DNA of 64,000 nucleotides from a virus: IMG/VR virus record IMGVR_UViG_3300028653_000010; one strand, 5' to 3'. Shown piece by piece: positions 55,925 to 64,000 of this stretch (position 1 is its first letter; each line of letters starts with the position of its first letter). The notes under the pieces were generated by a model. It saw only the letters and a program-made list of their open reading frames with translations, ran no database searches and was not told where the DNA came from. The position numbers and the translations under genes were made by a program.

Positions 55925-56111
55925 GGGTAACCCTGGGGTGAGGTGGTGAATACCCGCGTTTCCAAGGGCAAATTAAGTATGTAGGGTTAGTAGTTACATT
56001 CTAATAGTAGACCATTGGGCCTGACGGGTATCAACAGCGGTGATTGATCTGCTATTGTAATTGGTGTAGAATAGTAGGGAGATGTCACCAATACAGGTCA
56101 GTTGAGCGCTC

Positions 56112-56600
56112 ATGATTGTCCCTGTTCACTGGTACCAGATCCCCCTCGGCGAGGTTCCAACCTTCGCAACCTATGGGAGGTTCATCACCTTTTCAGAATA
56201 CTTCCACACCACGCTATGGGCTGGCGGAGACGGGCTCAACCCTACCAGTCAGAGCTTCAGAGCGACCATAGATGATAGCTTAGAGCAGGTTGTGACTCAG
56301 TACCTGGAGTCAGCAGTACGTCGGGTTCAACACATGTTCCACGGAACCCTGCACGGGGTCATCTTCAGTCTCGGGTGCGACTCTACCCTTCCAGTCCGTG
56401 ACGAGCTTGGCGACATAGTTGGCTTCATCAACGGGGAATACACAACCATAGAGCTCGGGGTAGCCTATTCTCAGATTGATGTCCAAGCCAACTTTCAGTA
56501 CATGAACATAACGTCAGACCCACAAATCAAACTACCTCGTGAGATTAGCGTTGGGCCAAGGAACTATCTGTCTCGATACGAACGCCCACCGGTCATATAG
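56112..56600 (+). CDS. Hypothetical protein with SRYERPPVI C-terminus
   Basis: 162-aa ORF. Confidence 0.65.
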   Translation: MIVPVHWYQIPLGEVPTFATYGRFITFSEYFHTTLWAGGDGLNPTSQSFRATIDDSLEQVVTQYLESAVRRVQHMFHGTLHGVIFSLGCDSTLPVRDELGDIVGFINGEYTTIELGVAYSQIDVQANFQYMNITSDPQIKLPREISVGPRNYLSRYERPPVI

Positions 56601-56601
56601 C

Positions 56602-56632
56602 TAAGGCTTTCGGATTATCTCCGAAAGCCTTA
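56602..56632. terminator. 13-bp perfect hairpin between convergent genes
   Basis: TAAGGCTTTCGGA-TTATC-TCCGAAAGCCTTA. Confidence 0.7.
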
Positions 56633-56893
56633 TAGAATGAATCCAGATTGAAAGTGGGGCTAGTGTACCGGGGGATCTCTAAGACGTCAACTGAAGTTGG
56701 CATTGAAGCGTCGGGGGCGACCACTCTTCTTCGGTGGGGCCTTGTTGACTCCAATCGGTGCCACCTGCGGAATGATCCTCACAGGCTTCGGGGGTGAGAT
56801 CTTTGGGTTGATGTACAAGCCTCGAACTGCTTCAACCGGCGGGGGTATGCTACTCTTAAGCTCTGCCATACCCAAGATGTACGCATCAATAAG

Positions 56894-57442
56894 TTAGGGC
56901 TCTGTGTAATGAATGTCGAACTCTTTGCAGGTATGGTTGTTGTGTCGAGCCCACCGATCCATTGAGGTGGTTGACCACATGAAATTGCAGATACCGAACA
57001 ACTGAGGCATGGTAACCTTGTTGATCACTAGGAAATACGAATAGGCACCCTTTGCCACTTCAATTCGATCAAGTAGCCCATCAAAGCAGAACCACGCGGT
57101 AGGGACCTTGGCGCAACTCCTCAGATACTTCTGGAGTTCTACCTTGTCAGCCTCAGCTTGCTCCACCTTTTGATACTGACCAACCTGAAACTTGGCTTGG
57201 CCCATCTCATCGACCTTCTTTCCAGCTGACTCAACCCCCAACTGGTGACTCAAGGTGTTGATGGTCTTCATGACATCCGAGTAGTCTTGGCATACCGGGC
57301 AAGTCGGACAAGCAGGGGCGGGACGGGACCCCACTCCTATTGACTTCGATCCAGCGTAGCCAATGATCAGCATCAGTGTTGCAATCGCCGGAAGTATCAC
57401 GAGTATCGTTATCTTTGAGGGCATGGGTGGACAACCTATCAC
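56894..57442 (-). CDS. Membrane-anchored Cys-containing protein
   Basis: N-terminal TM helix, CPTCPVC. Confidence 0.6.
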   Translation of the reverse strand: MIGCPPMPSKITILVILPAIATLMLIIGYAGSKSIGVGSRPAPACPTCPVCQDYSDVMKTINTLSHQLGVESAGKKVDEMGQAKFQVGQYQKVEQAEADKVELQKYLRSCAKVPTAWFCFDGLLDRIEVAKGAYSYFLVINKVTMPQLFGICNFMWSTTSMDRWARHNNHTCKEFDIHYTEP

Positions 57443-57538
57443 AACCTCAATATAGCACCAAGATTAAAAGTATCTGACCCAGTAACCAAGCCAGATATCC
57501 CTTGCAATAGGCACATCACCACGATATTATCCTCGAAG

Positions 57539-58318
57539 ATGCTAATCAAAGTAACCTCACACTGCGCAATGGGCTGTAGCCACTGTCTCGAGGATGCAAC
57601 CCCTGCAGGCGAGCACATGTCCATTGAACTTTTCGAGAAGGCTCTCAAGTTCACAGAGCGTGTTGAGTGTCAGGTTATTCAAGCGAAGATGCCGGTGATG
57701 ATGATGCTCTCCGGCGGAGAGTGCACCGACCACCCTCGCATTGTAGAGATGGTCGAGATGGTCGCCAAGCGGAATTGGATTGTTACAATCCTGACCCACG
57801 GGCTCTGGCTCGACAATGTGGAACTCCGCAATCAAATCTTACGTGACGATGTATGGTGGAGGGATAACATCCTCATCCAGGTCACCAACGACGAGCGATA
57901 CTATCCGCGCAAACCACCTAGGTTCGAGCATAAGAAGGTGATCTACGTAGACAAGCTCTGCATTCTATCTACCATCGGCCGAGCCGCGAGTCCCAAGTTT
58001 GATCCTAAGGGTCTTGACCCACGTATTGCCCCAAGCAGCTTTAACCTAAGATCCATCACCCATTCGACCAGGTCGATTGCGTCGGCGATCATGACCTTGA
58101 GGGTCCGTGGGATGATGGGCAAGTCCGGGTTCTGTACCCCCTCGGTATCCCATGACGGGACCGTCGTCGCCGGTGAGAGTCGATTCTGCTATCCCATTGG
58201 GACCGTCGACAGCACCAATGAAGAGCTGACCCAAGCGGTACTTACAATGGGCTCGTGCAATCGGTGCGGGCAAGAAGCGGGTTTAGGGCCCGAGCACAAG
58301 CGGGCCCTCGGGATCTGA
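57539..58318 (+). CDS. Radical SAM protein
   Basis: CAMGCSHC (CxxxCxxC), SGGE, C-terminal Cys cluster. Confidence 0.88.
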   Translation: MLIKVTSHCAMGCSHCLEDATPAGEHMSIELFEKALKFTERVECQVIQAKMPVMMMLSGGECTDHPRIVEMVEMVAKRNWIVTILTHGLWLDNVELRNQILRDDVWWRDNILIQVTNDERYYPRKPPRFEHKKVIYVDKLCILSTIGRAASPKFDPKGLDPRIAPSSFNLRSITHSTRSIASAIMTLRVRGMMGKSGFCTPSVSHDGTVVAGESRFCYPIGTVDSTNEELTQAVLTMGSCNRCGQEAGLGPEHKRALGI

Positions 58319-58345
58319 AACCCGAGAACTCGGTGTACGTTGGGC

Positions 58346-58864
58346 ATGCCCAACGGAGAACCTGAAGATATTCGAACTGAGATAGAGCGGAAGTTTCGAC
58401 TGAAGTTCGCTCCGGGGGAACTTCAGGGTAGCCAGTCAGTCCTGATCGAACAGGGATACCTCCTAGACTCAGACTCTGAACTTAGGTTGCGCCGGAGCAG
58501 CGGAATCCTCCACACCATGACCGTCAAGGGTGACGGTGACCTCGAACGACCCGAGTGGGAGACCGAGATCCCTCAGTGGGTATTCGATACTCTTTGGCCC
58601 AAGTGCAAGTACTCACTGCGTAAGCTCCGCACCGTGCTTACCACCGATAGGATGGTGACTAAGTACGAGGTAGACACCTTTCTTGATACCCTCGACGGCC
58701 TGATACTACTAGAAATAGAGTTTCAGAGTATCGAGCAAGCCGAGAACTTCGTTCTCCCACGCTGGGCTGATAGGGCTATGGAGGTTACTGGGGATTATCG
58801 CTACAAGAACAAGAACTTAGCTATGATGAAAGCTGGAGAGATATCAGATCTTCTCATGTGGTAG
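58346..58864 (+). CDS. CYTH-domain (adenylate cyclase/triphosphatase-like) protein
   Basis: EIERKF, IEQGYL, LRLR, EVD.F...L.GL.LLEIEF, EVTGD.RYKN. Confidence 0.9.
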   Translation: MPNGEPEDIRTEIERKFRLKFAPGELQGSQSVLIEQGYLLDSDSELRLRRSSGILHTMTVKGDGDLERPEWETEIPQWVFDTLWPKCKYSLRKLRTVLTTDRMVTKYEVDTFLDTLDGLILLEIEFQSIEQAENFVLPRWADRAMEVTGDYRYKNKNLAMMKAGEISDLLMW

Positions 58865-59021
58865 TGTCTGAATATACCTAGGAGAAACCCTGTTACTTGC
58901 TAGGGTTGACGATACTTGAGCCTAGTATTATAGCCTCGTGAAGTACTTTTCATAAGAAAGTAGTTGAGATCGACTATGCCATGCGCGTAACTTACCTTAT
59001 CATCCGGGAAAAGGGGATACC

Positions 59022-59321
59022 ATGGAAGCTAAGGACTTTATATCAGGGACATTCATTCTACCACCGAAGGCTGACCACGCTGAAATCATTGTTGAGTTTG
59101 AAGCTGTCGCGCTGAGGCAGGCTACCCATGTCAGGGGCTACTTGGTCAATTCAACTGAGGCAAGATCGATCGTCACCCTGTACCAGGGGCTACCAGAGGA
59201 AATGAAAGACTCCTTGATGGCACGCACCATCCCTGATATGCTGGCCGCCACCATGCGCTGTCGCGCGCTCTCGGAGCAGGACCCGAGCTGGAATATGTTT
59301 GAGCGCAAGCAGACTGGGTAG
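59022..59321 (+). CDS. Hypothetical protein
   Basis: Downstream of class A promoter at 58964. Confidence 0.6.
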   Translation: MEAKDFISGTFILPPKADHAEIIVEFEAVALRQATHVRGYLVNSTEARSIVTLYQGLPEEMKDSLMARTIPDMLAATMRCRALSEQDPSWNMFERKQTG

Positions 59322-59324
59322 TCA

Positions 59325-59567
59325 ATGAAGTGTCCTGAGCATACCGAGCATGAGTGTCGAGACGAGTACTCAGAATTAGGCTTCACGGGATTTTGCCTAC
59401 TCTGTCTCAAGCACTATCCTCGGTGCTCGGCCACTTTCTACATGGACCCTTGCTGCCTCCAGAAGGACCATCAGGAGCCTCATCATAGTCGAAGGGGTCA
59501 GAGGTGGACCACCAACGACGACGGCTCCTACAACCACCTCAGTCTTCTACCCGGGTCAGTTCACTGA
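59325..59567 (+). CDS. Small Cys/His-rich protein
   Basis: C..L.KDH.EPH pattern. Confidence 0.5.
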   Translation: MKCPEHTEHECRDEYSELGFTGFCLLCLKHYPRCSATFYMDPCCLQKDHQEPHHSRRGQRWTTNDDGSYNHLSLLPGSVH

Positions 59568-59796
59568 TAGCGACCCCGAGAGCAACCTCCATCGGGCTAC
59601 CGCCGACGGCCGCCGACACTAGACTGAAGAACTCGAACATGTCCAGGTAGAGACTCTTGCCATATCGAAACCCGGGCTTATGCCCCTTCTCGGCGAGGAG
59701 TACCAGGAACTTCTGAACCCATTTGTCAGCTTGCTGATGATCCCATGTGGACATCCCGGGCCTCTTATCCATACCCGCGCGACGCTTGGCCATCAG
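59539..59796 (-). CDS. Hypothetical protein
   Basis: Coupled to the upstream gene. Confidence 0.5.
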   Translation of the reverse strand: MMAKRRAGMDKRPGMSTWDHQQADKWVQKFLVLLAEKGHKPGFRYGKSLYLDMFEFFSLVSAAVGGSPMEVALGVAISELTRVED

Positions 59797-60338
59797 ATGA
59801 CCCACTTTCTCTCGTACCTACTCACTCGTGTAATTTCCACTGAGGGGTCAGGTTCGTTGTTGTTCTCCTGTACATAGTGCGGGAGCAAGAGGTCACCAAC
59901 CCTTCCTGGTGACAATACGGTAAACCCTGTGATGTTGGATAGGGTGTGGCTCAAGCAGACGAACCCTAGCTCAGCTGAGTCGGTCAACGGTGATCCATCA
60001 GCCCCACTGCTCACGCCCCCTCGCAGCCCCTTCGACTTCAAGATCCCGTACAAGTGAGGGGTGCGCATCTGAAGCACGCGTGCTTGATCAAACAGACGTG
60101 CTCGCTCAAGCAGACGAAGAAAGTGTCCCATTATGAGCCCTTCGACCGAAGGATGCGCCTCAGGTCTAGTGCTAATCCAGATGAGGGGGACCCTCAGGGG
60201 AACTCTTCCTCCTTCTCCAATACTTCTCTCGTGGTTGTCTAGTACCATTAAGGCGTGGCCTGTTGGACTGAGATTCAAGTTGATCTCGGATCCGCGTGCC
60301 AACCAAAGCCAATGGATAGGGGTCTCAATGAGTGCCAT
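59793..60338 (-). CDS. Hypothetical protein with SRYERKWVI C-terminus (leaderless)
   Basis: Class A promoter 5 nt upstream. Confidence 0.65.
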   Translation of the reverse strand: MALIETPIHWLWLARGSEINLNLSPTGHALMVLDNHERSIGEGGRVPLRVPLIWISTRPEAHPSVEGLIMGHFLRLLERARLFDQARVLQMRTPHLYGILKSKGLRGGVSSGADGSPLTDSAELGFVCLSHTLSNITGFTVLSPGRVGDLLLPHYVQENNNEPDPSVEITRVSRYERKWVI

Positions 60339-60381
60339 GGCAGCTATTACGCATGAGCCGGTTGAACCTCAACAATAATTT

Positions 60382-60588
60382 TCACCAGACTGTCTCACTC
60401 TGAATGAGAATGTATTCAGTCCCTTCCTTGATACCTACCCTTTCCTCGACGGCCTCATCAGCCGTAGCCACCACTACAGAATCAACCCCATATTGCTCGG
60501 TGTCGGAGTGGACAAGGTAGAAGACATCCAGATTACCCTTCTGGGATCTCAGGTCCTGAAGTTGTTTGATGAACGTGTCTAGATCCAT
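60382..60588 (-). CDS. Small phage protein
   Basis: FIKQLQDL...GNLDV pattern. Confidence 0.55.
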   Translation of the reverse strand: MDLDTFIKQLQDLRSQKGNLDVFYLVHSDTEQYGVDSVVVATADEAVEERVGIKEGTEYILIQSETVW

Positions 60589-60590
60589 GA

Positions 60591-60857
60591 TTACTTATCA
60601 CTTTCTTCAATATGGTCTGTCGGGTCAGGAGCTGGCCCAGGACGAAACCCTTTCTTGGCACATTTCGGACATACAGTCGTTTGCTCTTCTAAATTCAGAA
60701 TCCAACCCTCGTCACGCGCCTGGCGCCGACACTCACCACCGGTCTCAGCAGTAAACTGAGCCGACATGTTGCTACAACCAGGTGAGCTGTTCACTGAGTA
60801 CTTGCAATCGGGATCCCCGTCACAGTACAAGTCGAGGGTGTAGCAACCTACAATCAT
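60591..60857 (-). CDS. Zn-binding phage protein
   Basis: LDLYCD...C..QAR..GW...VCPKC. Confidence 0.65.
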   Translation of the reverse strand: MIVGCYTLDLYCDGDPDCKYSVNSSPGCSNMSAQFTAETGGECRRQARDEGWILNLEEQTTVCPKCAKKGFRPGPAPDPTDHIEESDK

Positions 60858-61222
60858 TTCTTGACTGCATGCCTCTTGATAATACGCTTCGCTTCACGCC
60901 GACTAAGCTTGGGGCGTCTCGGTCGCGTCTGAACCCCATAGCGTTGCTGGTCCTCCTCACTAAGACCTAGGAGAACTTTGCGCAATCGGAGGTGAGCTTC
61001 CCTGAGGGTTAGAGCAATAACAAACAGCTTGGGACTCCCCCAACGACCGATGCCAAGGCTCCAACAGAGAACAGCATCCGCCTTTGAATCAGCATCCAGT
61101 TTAGGTTTGATCTTGTGTTGCTTCCACAGGTACTTGGCTAGTAGAATTCGAGCTATTGAGTGCTCCACCAGAACTCCCGGTTGACCGTATGTCGCCAGTG
61201 CCTTGTCTATATCCCATTTCAT
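60854..61222 (-). CDS. Hypothetical basic protein
   Basis: 122-aa ORF. Confidence 0.55.
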   Translation of the reverse strand: MKWDIDKALATYGQPGVLVEHSIARILLAKYLWKQHKIKPKLDADSKADAVLCWSLGIGRWGSPKLFVIALTLREAHLRLRKVLLGLSEEDQQRYGVQTRPRRPKLSRREAKRIIKRHAVKK

Positions 61223-61706
61223 CGCGTAGTCCTAACTTGAAGCCCATTCTAACTCCACTGTTTATCGGTATCCCGAGGTCAAAGTCGTCGATAGTGAGCA
61301 CCCGCCCAAGTCGTTTCTCAAGGCATTCGTAACACAGGCTAACGAAGACCCGTCGCCCCTGATTCTCCAAGATGAGCCTGGTCCTCAACTTGGGGTAGTC
61401 CTCTGGCCACGCTTGAAGCCAAACCTCGTTCTTGACCATGTACCAATCGTGATCAAACCCACAGTCATAGCACTCACCAATCTTCCGCTTGGTGTTGTTA
61501 GTATTGTGATAGTCCTGAACTATCTTGCGCAGGTTTTCTACTTCGGTAGCTAGGAAGTTAGCGGTCCGGAGGGTCTCCTGACGCACGGTCTTGTCAAACT
61601 CCTGACCAGCCAAAAACGACTCTATGTTCTTGGCTCGATGCAGAACCCCTACCAAGATGGTTCGTACGTTAGAGACTCGGCTATCAACTGGGTCAGGCAT
61701 AGTCAC
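61101..61706 (-). CDS. Hypothetical protein with CxxC pairs
   Basis: CYDCG..WYMV..EVW...LCYECLEKRLGR.L...DF. Confidence 0.6.
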   Translation of the reverse strand: MTMPDPVDSRVSNVRTILVGVLHRAKNIESFLAGQEFDKTVRQETLRTANFLATEVENLRKIVQDYHNTNNTKRKIGECYDCGFDHDWYMVKNEVWLQAWPEDYPKLRTRLILENQGRRVFVSLCYECLEKRLGRVLTIDDFDLGIPINSGVRMGFKLGLRDEMGYRQGTGDIRSTGSSGGALNSSNSTSQVPVEATQDQT

Positions 61707-61913
61707 ACTCCGTTGTCTCGAATGATACCGCGCAAACGGGCTGCTTCCTTCTCCAGAAAGGCAGCCAGTTCAGTGACACCCTGACAAATTCCAGGGTTTA
61801 GACTATTGGCTTGCAAGGACGAGTCCAACTCCTTGAACTTCTGAGCTAGATTACTCAGAATAAATCTAATGAATCCCCGGGGATCTTTTGACTTGTAGTT
61901 CCCTGGAATACCA

Positions 61914-62270
61914 CTACTTGGAGTTTCCACTGACGGCCTCCTGGTAAGCCTTGACGCAATCCGGGCAGCAATGCCCAAGGTGATGTTCCGTAATCTTGAC
62001 ATTGAGATCCCAACCTCCGAGCGCACCATACTCAGGACCAAAGGGTTTCACTTTGCCGCATAGGCTAGGTGTGTCGATTCCTCCACCGAGGTAGAGCCTC
62101 CCCTCGACCTTTCGAATATGCCAGCGCCCACTGGCACTGGCATAGACCGGTTCACAGAATGCATAGCCCGGGACTTCTCCCGGGGCGTAGGTTCCAGGCT
62201 GAACGTACGCACCCTGTGAAGTCTGAGTAGTACCATGAACCATCTTGATTAGTCGATCTATAGCGCTCAT
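61914..62270 (-). CDS. Hypothetical protein
   Basis: WH...LCG...CPDC. Confidence 0.55.
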   Translation of the reverse strand: MSAIDRLIKMVHGTTQTSQGAYVQPGTYAPGEVPGYAFCEPVYASASGRWHIRKVEGRLYLGGGIDTPSLCGKVKPFGPEYGALGGWDLNVKITEHHLGHCCPDCVKAYQEAVSGNSK

Positions 62271-62473
62271 CACTTCACCACGATGACGCACACCTGTGTC
62301 AACTTCTTGTAACGGATGTTGTAGGTACCCGCTGGGGCATCCTGCTTGTTGATCTGACGTCCCGCTTGGCCACCAAAGACATCAGCAATTGTGAAGTCCT
62401 TGTTGGCATCCCAGTCAGCTTTAACAGCTTTCTGGCTGGTGTAGTCGCGTCCGTAAGAAGGGGTTAGTTGCAT
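62270..62473 (-). CDS. Small conserved phage protein
   Basis: LTPSYGRDY.S...VKADW...KDF; class A promoter upstream. Confidence 0.7.
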   Translation of the reverse strand: MQLTPSYGRDYTSQKAVKADWDANKDFTIADVFGGQAGRQINKQDAPAGTYNIRYKKLTQVCVIVVK

Positions 62474-62685
62474 GGGGTCGTTGTCCTTTCACAAGGTATT
62501 ACGCGTGAGGAGTGCGAATCTCAATTGAAATCAAGGTGCAGTAGGCTTTTCCATAAACTCCAACATGTCTGGTTTTGCATTTTCCCCTCTACTAGGTCAA
62601 TATAACCGACGGGTTCCGTCGGGCCAATACCGTATTTTAACCATGGGTTTCTTTCCTTGTGCGCCTGGTGGCCGGTTTCATCAGC

Positions 62686-62982
62686 CTAGAGTTCTTCAAC
62701 AGGGTCTTCGATTGGAACTATCTTAGCCGGATCAATTTCCCGGAGCTTTGCAAGCTTTCTCTCTGCAGACTTGACCGCGCTTGCGTATCGCTTGGCCACA
62801 TCAGCCCGAGCTTCTTCGATGGTCAGGAAGGCGTCCTTGCCCAAATGGATGCAGTATGATGAACCCGGCTGAGTACCTCGAATGAGAAGAGTACCTCCCC
62901 TACCGGGCTTGTCGGATGTACTTATTATGTGAATGCCAGAGTTTTCCCAGAGTTTCGTGTAGAAGTAGATGGTAGTCGCCAT
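62686..62982 (-). CDS. Hypothetical protein (leaderless)
   Basis: Class A promoter 6 nt upstream. Confidence 0.65.
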   Translation of the reverse strand: MATTIYFYTKLWENSGIHIISTSDKPGRGGTLLIRGTQPGSSYCIHLGKDAFLTIEEARADVAKRYASAVKSAERKLAKLREIDPAKIVPIEDPVEEL

Positions 62983-62991
62983 ACTCTACTA

Positions 62992-63507
62992 TTACGCGCG
63001 AGTCTTCAGATTCTCAACAAGAACCTTCACTTCTAGGTTGTCCCCGGGCACCCCGTAGTAACTTTGATCCCTATTGAGAGCAGTCTCAAGTTGGGCGGCC
63101 CTCCAGACCACATACTTATTGACGAGCTTGTCCCATTGCTTGGGCGAGAACGGGTGCGGATAACGCTCCTCTTCCAGCCAGGTTTTGAGCTGGGCACAGA
63201 GGTCACTACGGAACTTGCTCCTGAACTTCTTGGTCATGAGTAGCTGGATGCACGCGAGCCTATCCGCTGGACTGTAGCCCTTCCTGACCAAAATACGTTG
63301 CCACTTCTCGGGCCACTCAGGATTGGCGCCGAGACCCCAGAAGTACTTCCACGTGCGGTAGGTCTTGCAGTACTCCTCAGTCGAGAGCCACTCGGGGAGT
63401 TCAATCTCGTGGACCTCTCCCCCAGTTGTACTCAGATCAACTTGACCCGTCCAGGGCTCGAACGGCTTACCGTCCTTGTAAAGTACTGAGCGGGTCGTGA
63501 GGGTCAT
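62992..63507 (-). CDS. Hypothetical protein
   Basis: Likely start MTLTTRS; FRSKFRSDL..Q...W......PFSPKQW. Confidence 0.6.
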   Translation of the reverse strand: MTLTTRSVLYKDGKPFEPWTGQVDLSTTGGEVHEIELPEWLSTEEYCKTYRTWKYFWGLGANPEWPEKWQRILVRKGYSPADRLACIQLLMTKKFRSKFRSDLCAQLKTWLEEERYPHPFSPKQWDKLVNKYVVWRAAQLETALNRDQSYYGVPGDNLEVKVLVENLKTRA

Positions 63508-64000
63508 ACCTGAGAAGCAGCCCGTGCTACCACGTACTTGTAGATGGCGGCCCCGTAGCAACCCGAGTACTTACTCAGATACTCTTGAGCTTCTTCTAGG
63601 CTGATGGGGTGCTCAGCAAGTCGTTCCTCGTACAGACTAGCAAGAACTTCTTCTGATGCCCAGATATACTCTCGGCCATCGTCGAATAAGTACATGCTCT
63701 CGTGGTAGACCACTCGACCATCACTCAGTTCAATCTTGCTGATGTTTACACTCTGGCCATAGCTGTTCTTGTAGGTGGGGGCTACCTGAGTCTTGACTCC
63801 TTGTGGGGTAACGAGAGAGTCACTTCGGATCAGACCTTCAAGGGGAGCCCGCGCGGTCTTCTCGGCAGACTCAATCGCTTCTTTGGCGGCTCTCTCAGCG
63901 GTTTCCTTAGTTTCCTTAGTAGCAGCTTCCTTGGCAGTCAGGGCAATAGTCTCAGCTTCATCTGCGTCACGGTAGTAGACTACTGTATAGTAGCCCTCAT

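Noticed and set aside
8471-62041. RV/I-A-x-R-F/L-like motif in a few proteins (RNVCARF, RIASRL) as a virion-targeting signal
   Set aside because: Too few and too degenerate in this window to support.
1-64000. Genome-wide TAG recoding (genetic code 15)
   Set aside because: Known enzymes are full length under code 11, and many genes end at TAG where their homology ends or the next gene begins.

Overview
64 kb segment of a large (jumbo-type) dsDNA phage genome read in the standard code (table 11). Several small genes resemble myxobacterial proteins, so the host is probably a myxobacterium. The window is densely packed accessory and early genes: two sigma-factor-like genes, two N4/N6 DNA methyltransferases, dcd, ung, def, infA, coaE, Ro60/TROVE, ADP-ribosylglycohydrolase, macrodomain, SLOG, Nudix, NfeD-flotillin, TPM-PspA, Tad2-like, ATP-grasp, radical SAM, CYTH, a few tail-fibre-like or beta-propeller genes and many orphans. 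The best candidate for a new system is at 15578-17404 (minus strand). There a sigma70-type promoter drives a leaderless leader ORF, MSKYT-[UAG]-ISSA-RGPPP, whose Pro codons can pair with the Shine-Dalgarno of the next gene. The genes downstream include a Pth2-like peptidyl-tRNA hydrolase and end in a tRNA with an amber (CUA) anticodon. This looks like an amber-readthrough-gated ribosome-arrest attenuator. Other signals: a shared [ST]R[YHQ][EN]R peptide tag on 8 unrelated proteins, an M-x-ELESE C-terminal tag on 3 proteins, two repeated promoter classes implying leaderless mRNAs, a large structured ncRNA candidate at the left edge, stand-alone host-domain mimics (PheS N-terminal arm, Fis-type HTH), possible capsid-derived fragments and three frameshifted genes. 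All family assignments come from motif recognition by eye; no database searches were run.
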